In this document: in pieces, positions 38,741-48,700 of the stretch
Layout of the letters: every line of letters starts with the position of its first letter
Position numbering within the stretch: position 1 is the stretch's first letter
NCBI GenBank assembly: GCA_965242525.1
Contig: OZ251459.1
Span: forward strand, 3,456,001-3,520,000
Direction: 5' to 3'
Origin: an uncultured Candidatus Binatia bacterium
GTDB taxonomy: Bacteria; Desulfobacterota; Binatia; UBA9968; JAJDTQ01
DNA length: 64,000 nucleotides
The notes under the pieces: generated by a model
The model's input: the letters and a program-made list of their open reading frames with translations, nothing else
Databases searched by the model: none
What the model was told of the DNA's origin: nothing
Made by a program: the position numbers and the translations under genes

Positions 38741-41698
38741 TTACACCCGGAACACCTTCATCACTTCGTCGCCCAGGTGGTTGATGACCTTGACGGCGAT
38801 GCGGCCGGACTTGGGCTTCTCGAACGGGCGGGAGGTGTCGCTGTGGAGCGTAGCCCAGGCGTCCGGGTCGATTTCGGCCTTCAGGGTGGTCTTGAGGGAC
38901 TTGTAGGGGTCGTTGGCGCCGAGGAAGTAGGCGTGGCGGACGAAGAAACTCTCCTCGTTGTAGTCGGTGTCGATGAACCAGCAGGCGATGCCGTCCGGGC
39001 CGTCGGAGCGGACCTCTCCGGTCTGGGGATGGAACACGTCCACCCCGTTGATCTTGACTTGGAGCCGGTCGGCGTCCGCGGGAAGGATCTCGATGTCCGG
39101 CTCCCCGAAGACGACGAAGAGGTTGCCCTTGCCGGTGTTCTTCAGGTCGTCCGCCATGTGGAGGTCGGCGTTCATCCGGGCCTTGAGCACGGGGACGCGG
39201 CCGAGCTGGTCGAACTCCGAGGAGTGGGCGTCATAGCTGAACGCGCAGGCGATGAGCACGTCGAAATCGGCGTCGCCCGCCTCCCGGGCCGCAGCCACGA
39301 GGTCGGGTCTGGAAACGGTGCCGAACTCGGGGCCGATGAAGACCGCGGCGCGCTGCTCCCTGCCCTTGGCCCCGTTCTCTTCTCCCCCGAACCGGCCTTC
39401 GGCGCAAACGTGCCGGCCCGGCCACGGCCGGAGGGACGAAAACCGGATGCGGTCGTCCTTGTGGGCCTGCTGGACCCCGGCCGTCCTGAGTTGGTCCAGG
39501 ATCATCGAAGCGAAATCGTGAGGTTGTCCGTAGCCGGGAGCTGTCTCCGCGGCCAATTCGATCAGTTCGTCGTCCTCGTCCAGGCCCAGGACCCGGTGCG
39601 GCGACAGGCTATCGACCGTGAACGGACCGGCCACGCGCACCACGCTCCTGGCCTCACAGGGTTTGTCGTAGAGGTACTCGTAATCCGCCTTGGCCGCGAT
39701 GGAGGCGTCGGTCTCCTGCTGCCGGGCCATGCGCTGCTCCCACCATTGGGCGTGCAGGGCGGCCGGGGCCTCCGGCCAAGGGTCCGCGGGACGGGGCGGA
39801 AGCGTGTCGAGGGTGTAGTCGCGCTTGAGGCTGGCGTTGAGGTCTCGCAGAAGCCGCTGTGCCTGCGAGGCGTCGCGCCCTTCCTTCCCGCGTTCCGCCT
39901 GGAGCCTGGAAAAGAGCGCTTGCGCCGCCGGACTCCACGGGTCTTCGGCGTGGCGGGGGATCTCCCACTCCTCCCAGCTCGTGTTCATGGCCTCGTTGAG
40001 CTTCCGGCGCAGAGGCTCCAGCTTCTGCTGGCGCCTCTCCCATATGACGTCGATCTCGGCGTTGTTGGCGATGGACTTGAGGGTGATGTGCGGCACCCGC
40101 TCATAGACGAAGCCGTGGCGGATGTCGCCGTGGGCGGCCGCTTCGGACGGGACCTTGCCGGCGAGTTCCGCTTCCTTCCGCTGCCCCTCCGGGCTGTCCG
40201 CCAGGAGGTAGTAGGGATAGCGGGCGCCCATGACGCGGGTGCGGGCCAGCGCCAAGGCGACGCGGGAGGTGTCGATGGTGATCCAGCGGCGGCCCCATTG
40301 TTCGGCGACGTAGGCGGTGGTGCCGGAGCCGCAGGTGGGATCGAGCACGAGGTCGCCGGGATCTGTGGTCATGACAAGACAACGTGCTATTACTTGATTG
40401 GAGGTTTGAACAACGTAGCGCTTGGGATCTGATCGTGACTGAACTCCCCATGTATCGTCCCAGAAGGAAGAAATGGGGAATACAGGGAAGTCATCCAGAT
40501 ACCTTATGTATGCTATGGATATTCCCTCACTGACAATGCGATTGCTCCGCGCCAATCGATCAATTCCGATTTGGCTGGTCTTCCAGAAGCCAGACCTTGG
40601 ATGTCGAGTTGTTCCTTGAAAGGCATAGGGAAACCTACTTGTCTCTCCGCCACTCTGCGAAACCAATGGGCTCGGTCGAAAAAACCTGGTGCCGACAGGA
40701 ACTCTATCCCTTTCCGGCATGGTTGTTCTCGTTACTCGTTCGCCGGAAGGTAGCTCAACGCTGTTGTATTTTGTGCCACCCTCAACCCCTACTGCTTTTG
40801 CTTTGTACAGTTGCCTGAACTTGACCGTTACTCGATTCTTCGCGTACCACAACAAAAAATCGAATGTTGAGGATAGAAGTTCGCTTGTCTGACTGCTGGT
40901 CGTTACAAACGGAATGATTGAACATGCATTTTCTTGACCAAACACCTCATCCATCACCGCCCTTACCCGATGCACGTTCTCATCCCCAATCTGCACGAAC
41001 ACCGAACCGCTCTCCGTCAACAGGTCCCGCGCCACCGTCAGCCGGTCCCGCAGGTACGTCAGGTACGAATGGATCCCGTCCCGCCACGTGTCCCGGAACG
41101 CCTTGACCTGCTCCGGCTCGCGGGTGATGTGGTCGGCCTTGCCGTCCTTCACGTCCCGGCTGGTGGTGGACCACTGGAAGTTGGAGTTGAACTTGATGCC
41201 GTAGGGCGGGTCGATGTAGATGCACTGGACCTTGCCGCGCAATCCCTCCCGTTCCGCCAGGGACGCCATCGCCTGCAGGCTGTCCCCCAGGATCATGCGG
41301 TTCGACCAGTTGGCGTCGTGCCGGTAGAACTCGGTCCGGGCCGCATCGGACGGCAGACCGTTGAAGTCGGCGAACAGGTCGAACTGGCTGCCGCTCGCCT
41401 GTCCGTCGGCCCCGCCGTGCCGCATCAGGTCGTCGATCAACGCCTTGGGGTGGACCTTCTCCTGGATGAACAGCGGCGGCGCCTGCACCACCAGGTCCGA
41501 CCAGTCCTGAGCGTCCTTGCCGCGCCAGACGAGTTGCGGGTCCAGGTCCCGGTTGCGCCGCTCGTAGGCGACCCGGACGGGGTTCTGGTCGTCCTTCGCC
41601 ATCACCGACTGGTACTCGGCCGTCGGGATGTTCTTGCGCGACGCCTCGTCATGGGTCAGGGTCTCGACGGACTTGAGAGGTCTCGATCGTCCAGCCAT
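38741..41698 (-). CDS. mod: Type III R-M modification subunit (beta-class N6-adenine MTase)
   Basis: NRMILGDS, DPPYG, LDPTCGSGTT, C-terminal RIAVKVINHLGDEV. Confidence 0.9.
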   Translation of the reverse strand: MAGRSRPLKSVETLTHDEASRKNIPTAEYQSVMAKDDQNPVRVAYERRNRDLDPQLVWRGKDAQDWSDLVVQAPPLFIQEKVHPKALIDDLMRHGGADGQASGSQFDLFADFNGLPSDAARTEFYRHDANWSNRMILGDSLQAMASLAEREGLRGKVQCIYIDPPYGIKFNSNFQWSTTSRDVKDGKADHITREPEQVKAFRDTWRDGIHSYLTYLRDRLTVARDLLTESGSVFVQIGDENVHRVRAVMDEVFGQENACSIIPFVTTSSQTSELLSSTFDFLLWYAKNRVTVKFRQLYKAKAVGVEGGTKYNSVELPSGERVTRTTMPERDRVPVGTRFFRPSPLVSQSGGETSRFPYAFQGTTRHPRSGFWKTSQIGIDRLARSNRIVSEGISIAYIRYLDDFPVFPISSFWDDTWGVQSRSDPKRYVVQTSNQVIARCLVMTTDPGDLVLDPTCGSGTTAYVAEQWGRRWITIDTSRVALALARTRVMGARYPYYLLADSPEGQRKEAELAGKVPSEAAAHGDIRHGFVYERVPHITLKSIANNAEIDVIWERRQQKLEPLRRKLNEAMNTSWEEWEIPRHAEDPWSPAAQALFSRLQAERGKEGRDASQAQRLLRDLNASLKRDYTLDTLPPRPADPWPEAPAALHAQWWEQRMARQQETDASIAAKADYEYLYDKPCEARSVVRVAGPFTVDSLSPHRVLGLDEDDELIELAAETAPGYGQPHDFASMILDQLRTAGVQQAHKDDRIRFSSLRPWPGRHVCAEGRFGGEENGAKGREQRAAVFIGPEFGTVSRPDLVAAAREAGDADFDVLIACAFSYDAHSSEFDQLGRVPVLKARMNADLHMADDLKNTGKGNLFVVFGEPDIEILPADADRLQVKINGVDVFHPQTGEVRSDGPDGIACWFIDTDYNEESFFVRHAYFLGANDPYKSLKTTLKAEIDPDAWATLHSDTSRPFEKPKSGRIAVKVINHLGDEVMKVFRV

Positions 41699-42209
41699 GT
41701 ACAGGACCTTTCTACAAGAGCTTGCCGTTCGACCCTGCCCTGCGGTCAAGCAGCATCCCGGTCGCGTGTGCTTCTTCCATGCCGTCACCATAACAGAAAT
41801 CGTCGTCTGCATCACCGGAGGCATGACGGCAGTCCGGCGCATGCCGCCATCCCCAGTGACGGGAGCGGCAGGAGCACCGGCCGATGCCGCCCGGTGGCCT
41901 TCGGTGACGGCCTTGGAGTCTCCCTGTTGCCAAGTCCCTCGGATACCGTGCCACCTCGCCTCACATCCGGTTGACCCTGCGTTCTCCAGGCCGCGGCGAC
42001 GCCTGCGGTTGACGGTCGAGGGTCACGGTGGTAAAGTCCATCCCTGTGTATGGCTTGGCACCGGCCTCTCGACGTTACCGTGGCGTGTTACGGCTACTCG
42101 AAACGGTGTTCTTCTCGGTGCGCCGTCACGGACTATCGGAAGAGGCCCTACGCCCGACCAATCGGGGCACGTTCCACGGCGACGCTGCTCGCCCTCTGGA
42201 GGGCCGAAC

Positions 42210-42644
42210 ATGCGACACATACTTGACACCACGGAGTTGCTTGTCGCCAGTTGGATACTGGCAGGCGACGACGACCGGGACGATCGGATACCTACCTCAC
42301 ATGGCATCCTGGATCGGGCGCTCAAGACCGCTTTGGAGCAAGAGGCATTCCCGCCCTGGGTCCGCGATCATCTCCACTTCGTGGATTCCCGGGTCGGACT
42401 CCAATGCGTAGAGTTGCCCGAGCTACTGGATTGGGCGCAACGGGCACAGATCACGACGGCGCCGAACCCTTCCTATCAATCGGCCCAGGTACAGATCAGT
42501 GGCAAGGCGGCTCGACGGATACTGTCGGACCTCGAAGTTACGGAGGATGACGCCATCAAGTGGGGCAAACTCCTTCGGGATGCCGTATCCGAAGCGAACC
42601 GTGCGATAAACGCCTGGCCCGAGTCGGCCATCGAAGATCACTGA
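42210..42644 (+). CDS. Hypothetical protein (144 aa)
   Basis: GGAGGG upstream of ATG, intermediate GC, no recognised motif. Confidence 0.6.
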   Translation: MRHILDTTELLVASWILAGDDDRDDRIPTSHGILDRALKTALEQEAFPPWVRDHLHFVDSRVGLQCVELPELLDWAQRAQITTAPNPSYQSAQVQISGKAARRILSDLEVTEDDAIKWGKLLRDAVSEANRAINAWPESAIEDH

Positions 42645-42701
42645 TCCAACGCTTACTCGCGGGACCCCGTATCGCCCGGCCGGAATACGGTGGACGGGAG
42701 G

Positions 42702-42960
42702 GAGACTTGCCCGGCGTTTCAGGATTTCGTGTGGGTTGTGCACTCCCTCCCATGCGAATTCCCGCGAAAGCCCCACCTCGTCATTCCCGCGAAAGCGGGA
42801 ATCCACTTTACCAGATCCGCGGAACGGGATTCGACGTGACACCGACATACATGGCGCCATGTGGTTTGCCCACAAGGATGGAAACACAGAGAGTTTTCAT
42901 AAGAATCTGTGGATTCCCGCTTTCGCGGGAATGACGGTGGTGGGCGGCCGCGGGAATGAC
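42702..42960. repeat. REP-B inverted doublet (42779-42804 / 42911-42936) with motif-D flank
   Basis: Opposed REP-B, 106-bp spacer, half-REPs on both sides; 42702-42753 resembles the reverse complement of 13378-13428. Confidence 0.9.
42808..42900 (-). pseudogene. N-terminal remnant of a GIY-YIG nuclease
   Basis: MKTLCVSILVGKPHGAMYVGVTSNPVPRIW* follows the MKxxxVYILASxxxGTLYVGVTSxLxxRIW pattern. Confidence 0.8.
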
Positions 42961-43127
42961 AGCCTGACCCCTGTCGCTCTACTTTTCCCTCCTACCCTGC
43001 CCAGACAAAAGCCGGAAGAGCCATTCATGGCAGGCCAGACGCTACAGCCTGTCCCTGTGCTCTCGAGTCCAAGTTGTCGTCGTCGGATATCGCCCAACCG
43101 ACGAGGCAGGTCTTCTCCCGTTGCCGA

Positions 43128-43952
43128 GTCGTAAACCAGCTTGGACGTGGAGGTGTTGTTGCACACCACGATGAAGCACGGCGGAACCCCGATGTCGGCT
43201 TCCCGCCAGAGACGAAATACCTTCTCGTAGTGGCCGTAGAGGGCGTCCAGCGCGGTCAACAGTTCGGCAGGCAGGCTCAGAGGGTCCAGGGTCTTCGCCT
43301 TGCCGCGCCCCCTCCTGGGCATCTTCCCCCGGATGTGCTCCCACAGGTTGCGGAGCTTGGGCATGTCCTCGCCCGGCACGTTGTCCGCCACCGGCACCCG
43401 GGGAATCTTGCCGGCGCCCGTGGCCAGCTTGAGGGCGAGCCGCTGCAACTCCGGGTTGGCGTCGTCGTTGGCGCCGGCCAAGTGGTCGAGAAACCCCCTG
43501 CCGGTCTCGCCCGCGTTCGGCGCTACCTCGGTGAGCCAGATGGCGGTCTCCACCGCTTCGACCTGGCAGAAGAACGGACGGACGTCGCTGAATCGGTGGC
43601 TCCGCCAGTGCCGGAGCAGACGGGCGGTCTCCGGCGTCACCTGCCACCGGCCCGGGTCCGCGATGCTGCACCACCGGTCCACCTGCCGACGAACGGAGTC
43701 GATGAGGGCCGTGTGCTCGTACCGCTGCCGCTCGGTGGAAAGGCCCCGGCCTTCGTTGAACAGGACCGAGGTCCGCTCCTCCGCCTTTCCCCTTCGCTTC
43801 CTGGGCTTCGGGACGGGCGTGATGAACTGGGCGGGCCTTCGGCTTTCGACGAAATTCTGGGTGGGCTGCCCGGTCTCGTCCAGCTCCCAATGGCGCGTCG
43901 GGTACTCGTAAGGCGAGTTGAGCACGGGCCGGTCGAAGAACGGATTGGTCAA
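43128..43952 (-). pseudogene. res: Type III restriction (Res) subunit, internally deleted and truncated
   Basis: PVLNSPYEYP.RHW, PFFCQVEAVET; Walker A ATGAGK joins directly to PRVPVADN; no DEAH box; homology ends after STSKLVYD. Confidence 0.82.
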
Positions 43953-44213
43953 GACGATGCACCCCCCGGAGGATTGGCCATGGGTCACCGGAGCCTCGAG
44001 GACTTTACCATACCTGCCTGAACGCTGCCGAATAGATCACTCCCGACGGCTCTGCGTCTTGACGCAAGCGACCCGTGGGACCGCTGAATCGCCCGGCCCC
44101 TCCGCTCGACCCCGCCGGATCCCCCGCGGTACGGCGGGGTCGTGGGGAGGGAATCCCGTGCGCCGAGGCCGGGGGTGATCACCAGGAAGCCGCGGGTTTT
44201 CGTCCGGGGGTCC

Positions 44214-44242
44214 TTGACAGGGGCGCCGTAAAATCGGTTAAT
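44214..44242 (+). promoter_or_regulatory. sigma70-type promoter of the tct operon
   Basis: TTGACA-N17-GTTAAT. Confidence 0.45.
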
Positions 44243-44272
44243 CGCACCATCAAACCGGAGAGGAGGCATCTC

Positions 44273-45313
44273 ATGGTCCAAAGGATTCTCGTTCTGGCGG
44301 CAGGGTTGACGCTCCTGGCGAGCCCCGCCTGGGGCGACGCGGTGGCGGACTTCTACAAGGGCAAGACGGTCCGCATCGTGGTCGGGTATGGGCCGGGGGG
44401 CACCACGGACCTCACCACGCGGCTGATCGCCGGGGTCCTGTCGAAGCACATCCCGGGAAGCCCGCGCATCGTGGTGCAGAACAAGCCGGGCGGCGGCAGC
44501 ATGCTGACGGCCAACACCGTGTTCAACAACGAGCCCAGGGACGGCACCGTGATCGCGGCCATCAGCAGCGGCCTCGTCCCCAAGCAGGCCCGCGGTGAGC
44601 CCGGGGTCCGGTTCGACGCCCGGAAGTTCCAGTGGGTCGCCAGCGGGTTCGACACCTCGTCCATGTGCGCCATCCGCACCGACGCCGGGGTGGACAACCT
44701 CAACGAGGCGATGAAGAAGCAGCTCACCATGTCGAGCTTCAGCAAGGGCGGCCTTTCGCACGTGGAGCCGGTGATCTTCAACGCGGTGTTCGGCACCAAG
44801 TTCAAGGTCATCACCGGATACCCCAGCGGCGGCGCCCAGCGTCTGGCGGTGAAGAACGGCGAGGTCAACGGCTTCTGCACCACGTTCCAGACGGTGAAGA
44901 GCACCGAGCTCGCCATGTTCGAAGGCGCGGCCAAGTGCTGCAAGGTGCTGATCATCGCGGGCGCGGAGAAAGAGGACCACCCGCTGCTGGAGGGCGTGCC
45001 CGCGGCCGAACAGTTGGCCAGGGAGATGGGCAAGAGCGCGGACGACCTGTCCATGCTGAAGGCCATGAACGCCACCAACCGCATCAGCATCGTCCACGCG
45101 TTCCCGCCCGGGGTGCCGTCGGACCGCGTGGAGGCCATGCGCGACGCCTTCCTGAAGGCCTACAACGATCCGCAGGTCCAGGAGTTGGCAATGAAGTCCA
45201 AGCGTGAGCTGAAGCCCAAGCGCGGGGACCAGGTGGCCAAGATCGTCAACGAGTTGCTCGCCACCCCCCAGTCGGTCCTCGACAGGATGCAGGAAATCAT
45301 CTCCGAGAACTGA
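44273..45313 (+). CDS. Tripartite tricarboxylate transporter substrate-binding protein (TctC/Bug)
   Basis: Signal peptide, FYKGKTVRIVVGYGPGG, NKPGGG, PRDG, PPGVP. Confidence 0.9.
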   Translation: MVQRILVLAAGLTLLASPAWGDAVADFYKGKTVRIVVGYGPGGTTDLTTRLIAGVLSKHIPGSPRIVVQNKPGGGSMLTANTVFNNEPRDGTVIAAISSGLVPKQARGEPGVRFDARKFQWVASGFDTSSMCAIRTDAGVDNLNEAMKKQLTMSSFSKGGLSHVEPVIFNAVFGTKFKVITGYPSGGAQRLAVKNGEVNGFCTTFQTVKSTELAMFEGAAKCCKVLIIAGAEKEDHPLLEGVPAAEQLAREMGKSADDLSMLKAMNATNRISIVHAFPPGVPSDRVEAMRDAFLKAYNDPQVQELAMKSKRELKPKRGDQVAKIVNELLATPQSVLDRMQEIISEN

Positions 45314-45449
45314 AGACCCACGGAGCGCCGCATGGGCGGCCTCGGGTCCCCGTTCCGCGCCCTCCGCCGGGGGGCGTCGAGCGGGGACCCGCGGGCCGCC
45401 GCCGCGAACCTGAAGACCGTCAACCGTCCGTCCCCGCCGCGGTAACGCC

Positions 45450-46958
45450 ATGTTCGAAGCCTTCATCGGAGGTCTGCTCGACGTATTCAACCAGACCACG
45501 TTCGCGCTGATGCTCGTGGGCATCTTCCTCGGGTTCATCGTGGGCATCCTGCCGGGCATCGGCAGCCCCGGCGCGGTGGCCCTCATGCTGCCGTTCATCT
45601 TCAGCATGGACCCGGTGCAGGCGTTCGCGTTCCTGCTCGGCATGTACGCGGTGACCGGGACCACCGGCGACATCACCTCCATCCTGTTCGGCGTGCCCGG
45701 GGAGGTGGTGTCCACCGCCACCATCATCGACGGGCACCCCATGGCCAAGCGCGGCCAGGCGGGCCGGGCCCTGGGCGCGGCGCTCATGAGCTCGCTCGTG
45801 GGCGCCGTCGTGGGCGCGTTCTCCCTGGCCGCGGCCATCCCCATCGTCACCCCGCTGGTGCTGTCGTTCAAGTCCCCCGAGTTCTTCTCGCTGGCCATCC
45901 TGGGGATCTGCTTCCTGGCGGCCCTGAGCGGCGACAACAAGCTCAAGGGGGTGCTGGCCGGCGGGCTCGGGCTCATGCTCTCCACCGTGGGCCTCGACTA
46001 CCAGGAGAACATCGAGCGCTACACCTTCGGGCTGGTGAACCTCTGGGAGGGCCTCGGCCTCATCGCCGCGGCCGTGGGGCTGTTCGCCGTTCCCGAGATC
46101 GTGGAGCTGTGGGTCAAGGGCTCCAGCATCGCCGAAGCCCGCGTGGGCAAGCTGGGAGGCGTATGGCAGGGGGTGAAGGACACCTTCGTCCACCTGGGGA
46201 TCACGATCCGGTGCAGCATGATCGGCACCTTCTTCGGCCTGGTCCCCGGGGTCAGCGCGGCCCTGTCCCAGTGGGTTTCCTACGCCCACGCGGTCCAGAG
46301 CGCCTCGGACCGGAGCGGCTTCGGCAAGGGCGACGTCCGCGGCGTCCTGGGGCCGGGCGCGGCCAACAACTCCGGCATCGGCGCGGCCATGATCCCCACC
46401 GTGGCCTTCGGCGTGCCCGGCAGCGCCACCACCGCCATCCTGCTCGGCGCCTTCATCATCCAGGGGCTGCAACCGGGGCCGAAGATGCTGACCGAGCACC
46501 TGACCCTGACCTTCTCCATGGTCTGGCTCATCGTCATATCCAACGTCATCACGGTCACCGTATGCCTGCTGTTCCTGAACCATTTGGCGAAGATCACCCA
46601 GATACGCGGGTCGCTGCTCATCCCGGCCCTGTTCATGCTCATCTACCTTGCGGGTTTCGCCAACACCAACTCCTACTTCGCCATGACCACGACCCTGGTG
46701 TTCGGGGTGGCCGGCGTGGTCATGGTGAACCACGGCTGGCCGCGTCCGCCCCTGGTCCTCGGGCTGGTGCTCGGTCCCCTGGTGGAGCGGAACCTGTTCA
46801 TCTCCTACGAGATCTACGGGTTGAGCTTCCTGCTGCGGCCCATCGTCATGGCCACCTTCGCCATCGCCTTCACCGTGCTCTTCCTGCCCGGGATACAGGA
46901 CTGGATGGCGCGGCGGAGCAGGCCCAAGGAGGTCCCGGTTGAGCCGCAACCGAGTTGA
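45450..46958 (+). CDS. tctA: Tripartite tricarboxylate transporter TctA
   Basis: GILPGIG, GVPG, DGHPMA, ANN, GLQPGP, GLVLGP. Confidence 0.92.
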   Translation: MFEAFIGGLLDVFNQTTFALMLVGIFLGFIVGILPGIGSPGAVALMLPFIFSMDPVQAFAFLLGMYAVTGTTGDITSILFGVPGEVVSTATIIDGHPMAKRGQAGRALGAALMSSLVGAVVGAFSLAAAIPIVTPLVLSFKSPEFFSLAILGICFLAALSGDNKLKGVLAGGLGLMLSTVGLDYQENIERYTFGLVNLWEGLGLIAAAVGLFAVPEIVELWVKGSSIAEARVGKLGGVWQGVKDTFVHLGITIRCSMIGTFFGLVPGVSAALSQWVSYAHAVQSASDRSGFGKGDVRGVLGPGAANNSGIGAAMIPTVAFGVPGSATTAILLGAFIIQGLQPGPKMLTEHLTLTFSMVWLIVISNVITVTVCLLFLNHLAKITQIRGSLLIPALFMLIYLAGFANTNSYFAMTTTLVFGVAGVVMVNHGWPRPPLVLGLVLGPLVERNLFISYEIYGLSFLLRPIVMATFAIAFTVLFLPGIQDWMARRSRPKEVPVEPQPS

Positions 46959-47490
46959 CATACTCATCGGCCTGTTCCTGGTGGCGCTGCTCGCGTGGGC
47001 GGTGTGGGAGGCCCAGGACTGGCGGGCCCGCACCCGGTTCTTCCCCTGGGCCATCGGCTTCCCGGTGCTGGCGCTGTCGGCGGTCCACCTGGGCCTCAGC
47101 GTGTGGACGGCCATGCGCCCGCCGAAGCCCGAGGAGGGTCGGGAAGAGCCGGTGGAACCGGCCGCGGACGCCGGGCCTCCCCCGGACCCGAGCCTCGTCC
47201 GCAGGCGCACCCTGGAGATCTCCGCCTGGGCCGTGGCCTTCGCCCTGGGCCTGTGGCTGCTGGGGTTCAAGGTGGGCGGCCTGGTCCTCAGCCCCGCCTT
47301 CCTGCGGTTCCAGGCCCGCGAGACCTGGACCACGAGCCTCGTCTATGGCTTCGGCGTTTACCTGTTCTTCTTCGCTGGCCTGGAGACGGCCCTGGCGTTC
47401 CCGCTGCCCCCCGGACTCATCGCCCGGTCCCTGGGCCTCCAGTCCTTCGACTCCTACCTGGTGGACCCGATCCTGGACCTGTTCCGCTGA
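46939..47490 (+). CDS. tctB: Tripartite tricarboxylate transporter TctB
   Basis: Four-TM pattern, FFP, LPPG; operon context. Confidence 0.8.
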   Translation: MSRNRVDILIGLFLVALLAWAVWEAQDWRARTRFFPWAIGFPVLALSAVHLGLSVWTAMRPPKPEEGREEPVEPAADAGPPPDPSLVRRRTLEISAWAVAFALGLWLLGFKVGGLVLSPAFLRFQARETWTTSLVYGFGVYLFFFAGLETALAFPLPPGLIARSLGLQSFDSYLVDPILDLFR

Positions 47491-47505
47491 CCCTCCGGCA
47501 CGACC

Positions 47506-47534
47506 TTGACGCAGGGCAGGGTTTTCCGTAAAAT
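47506..47534 (+). promoter_or_regulatory. sigma70-type promoter overlapped by CGTAAA repeats
   Basis: TTGACG-N17-TAAAAT; CGTAAAAT-CGTAAAT direct repeat. Confidence 0.6.
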
Positions 47535-47623
47535 CGTAAATGATGAAATACGGCGCAGGAAGGAAGTCGCAGCGGAATCCGATGGTGCGCGAGCAGTCCC
47601 CGAAGTTTGGGATGCCGGGGGCC

Positions 47624-47758
47624 ATGAAGCGCCTCACCATCGACGTTCCCGCAGAGCTCCACGCCAACGTCAAGGCGGGCTGTGCAAGGCGAGGGGTCAA
47701 GATGTCGGACGCCATCAGAGACCTTCTGGAACGAAATTTCGGAGAGGCCGAGCCATGA
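47624..47758 (+). CDS. Small ribbon-helix-helix (ParG-like) DNA-binding protein
   Basis: [35 protein letters not shown]. Confidence 0.75.
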   Translation: MKRLTIDVPAELHANVKAGCARRGVKMSDAIRDLLERNFGEAEP

Positions 47759-48570
47759 GCCGAGGACGGACCGGGACGCTCTTCGACCCTCCCGATGGAG
47801 GACGCACGCCTTCGGGAAGGAAGAGCCCCGACGGTGCGGCCACGTCGGACCTGGTGTTCTCCGTCTATGTCGGAAACAACGCCGACGTCTTCCCGCACGT
47901 GTTGAAGCTCCACGTGGCGGCCGGGGCCAAGATCGCGGACGTGACGTATGGCAAGGGAGTCTTCTGGAAGAAGGTGGACACCGGTGAGTACCAATTCTTT
48001 CCCTCCGACATTGCGGACGGAGTGGACTGTCGGCATCTGCCATACGAGGACGCGTCGTTCGACGCCGTCGTCTTCGATCCGCCCTACATGGAGGGGTTCT
48101 ACCGGAACGGCGGCTCGGTCAAGGCCGGCGACGGCACCCACAACGCGTTCCGTGACCACTATTCCAACGGCGACGAGACTCCCAGGGCCGACGGAGGCAA
48201 GTGGCACGCGGCCGTCCTGGAGATCTACCTCGAAGGCGGCAGGGAGGCGCACCGGATACTGAGGGACGGCGGGTCGTTCATCGTCAAATGCCAGGACGAG
48301 GTCAGCGCAAACAGGCAGAACCTGACGCACGTGGAGATCATCCATTCATTCGCAGAGGTCGGCTTCTTCTGCAAGGATCTGTTCGTGCTGGTACGTCCCA
48401 ACAAACCCGGAATGAGCCGGGTCATCCATCAGGTGCACGCGAGAAAGAACCACTCCTGTTTCCTGGTCTTCGTCAAGATCCCGCAAGGCAAGGGTCGCGG
48501 ACGCCGACGTCCGTCCTTCCCGCTAAATCCTACTCCGGAAACTCTGAACAATTGTCCCCGTTCGTCCTGA
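47755..48570 (+). CDS. Orphan DNA amino-methyltransferase
   Basis: [11 protein letters not shown] (motif I-like), FDPPY (motif IV), IVKCQD; ATGA overlap with the RHH gene. Confidence 0.82.
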   Translation: MSRGRTGTLFDPPDGGRTPSGRKSPDGAATSDLVFSVYVGNNADVFPHVLKLHVAAGAKIADVTYGKGVFWKKVDTGEYQFFPSDIADGVDCRHLPYEDASFDAVVFDPPYMEGFYRNGGSVKAGDGTHNAFRDHYSNGDETPRADGGKWHAAVLEIYLEGGREAHRILRDGGSFIVKCQDEVSANRQNLTHVEIIHSFAEVGFFCKDLFVLVRPNKPGMSRVIHQVHARKNHSCFLVFVKIPQGKGRGRRRPSFPLNPTPETLNNCPRSS

Positions 48571-48647
48571 GCGTAGCGAAGCGAAGTCGAAGGACGCGCT
48601 TTCCCGCAGGGAGAGGGAGTTTCAAGCCGGAATTGATCAGACGTTCC
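48537..48647 (+). mobile_element. MITE with REP-A, CTCC target duplication
   Basis: GGAAACTCTGAACAATT / AATTGATCAGACGTTCC; CTCC at 48533-48536 and 48648-48651. Confidence 0.9.
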
Positions 48648-48650
48648 CTC

Positions 48651-48676
48651 CGTCATTCCCGCGAAAGCGGGAATCC
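48651..48676 (+). repeat. Solo REP-B
   Basis: CGTCATTCCCGCGAAAGCGGGAATCC. Confidence 0.92.
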
Positions 48677-48700
48677 ACTGGTCATTGCCCTGCGAGCCTT

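Noticed and set aside
41700-42200. Gene remnant or ncRNA between mod and the 144-aa ORF
   Set aside because: No frame gave a recognisable motif and no convincing structure was seen
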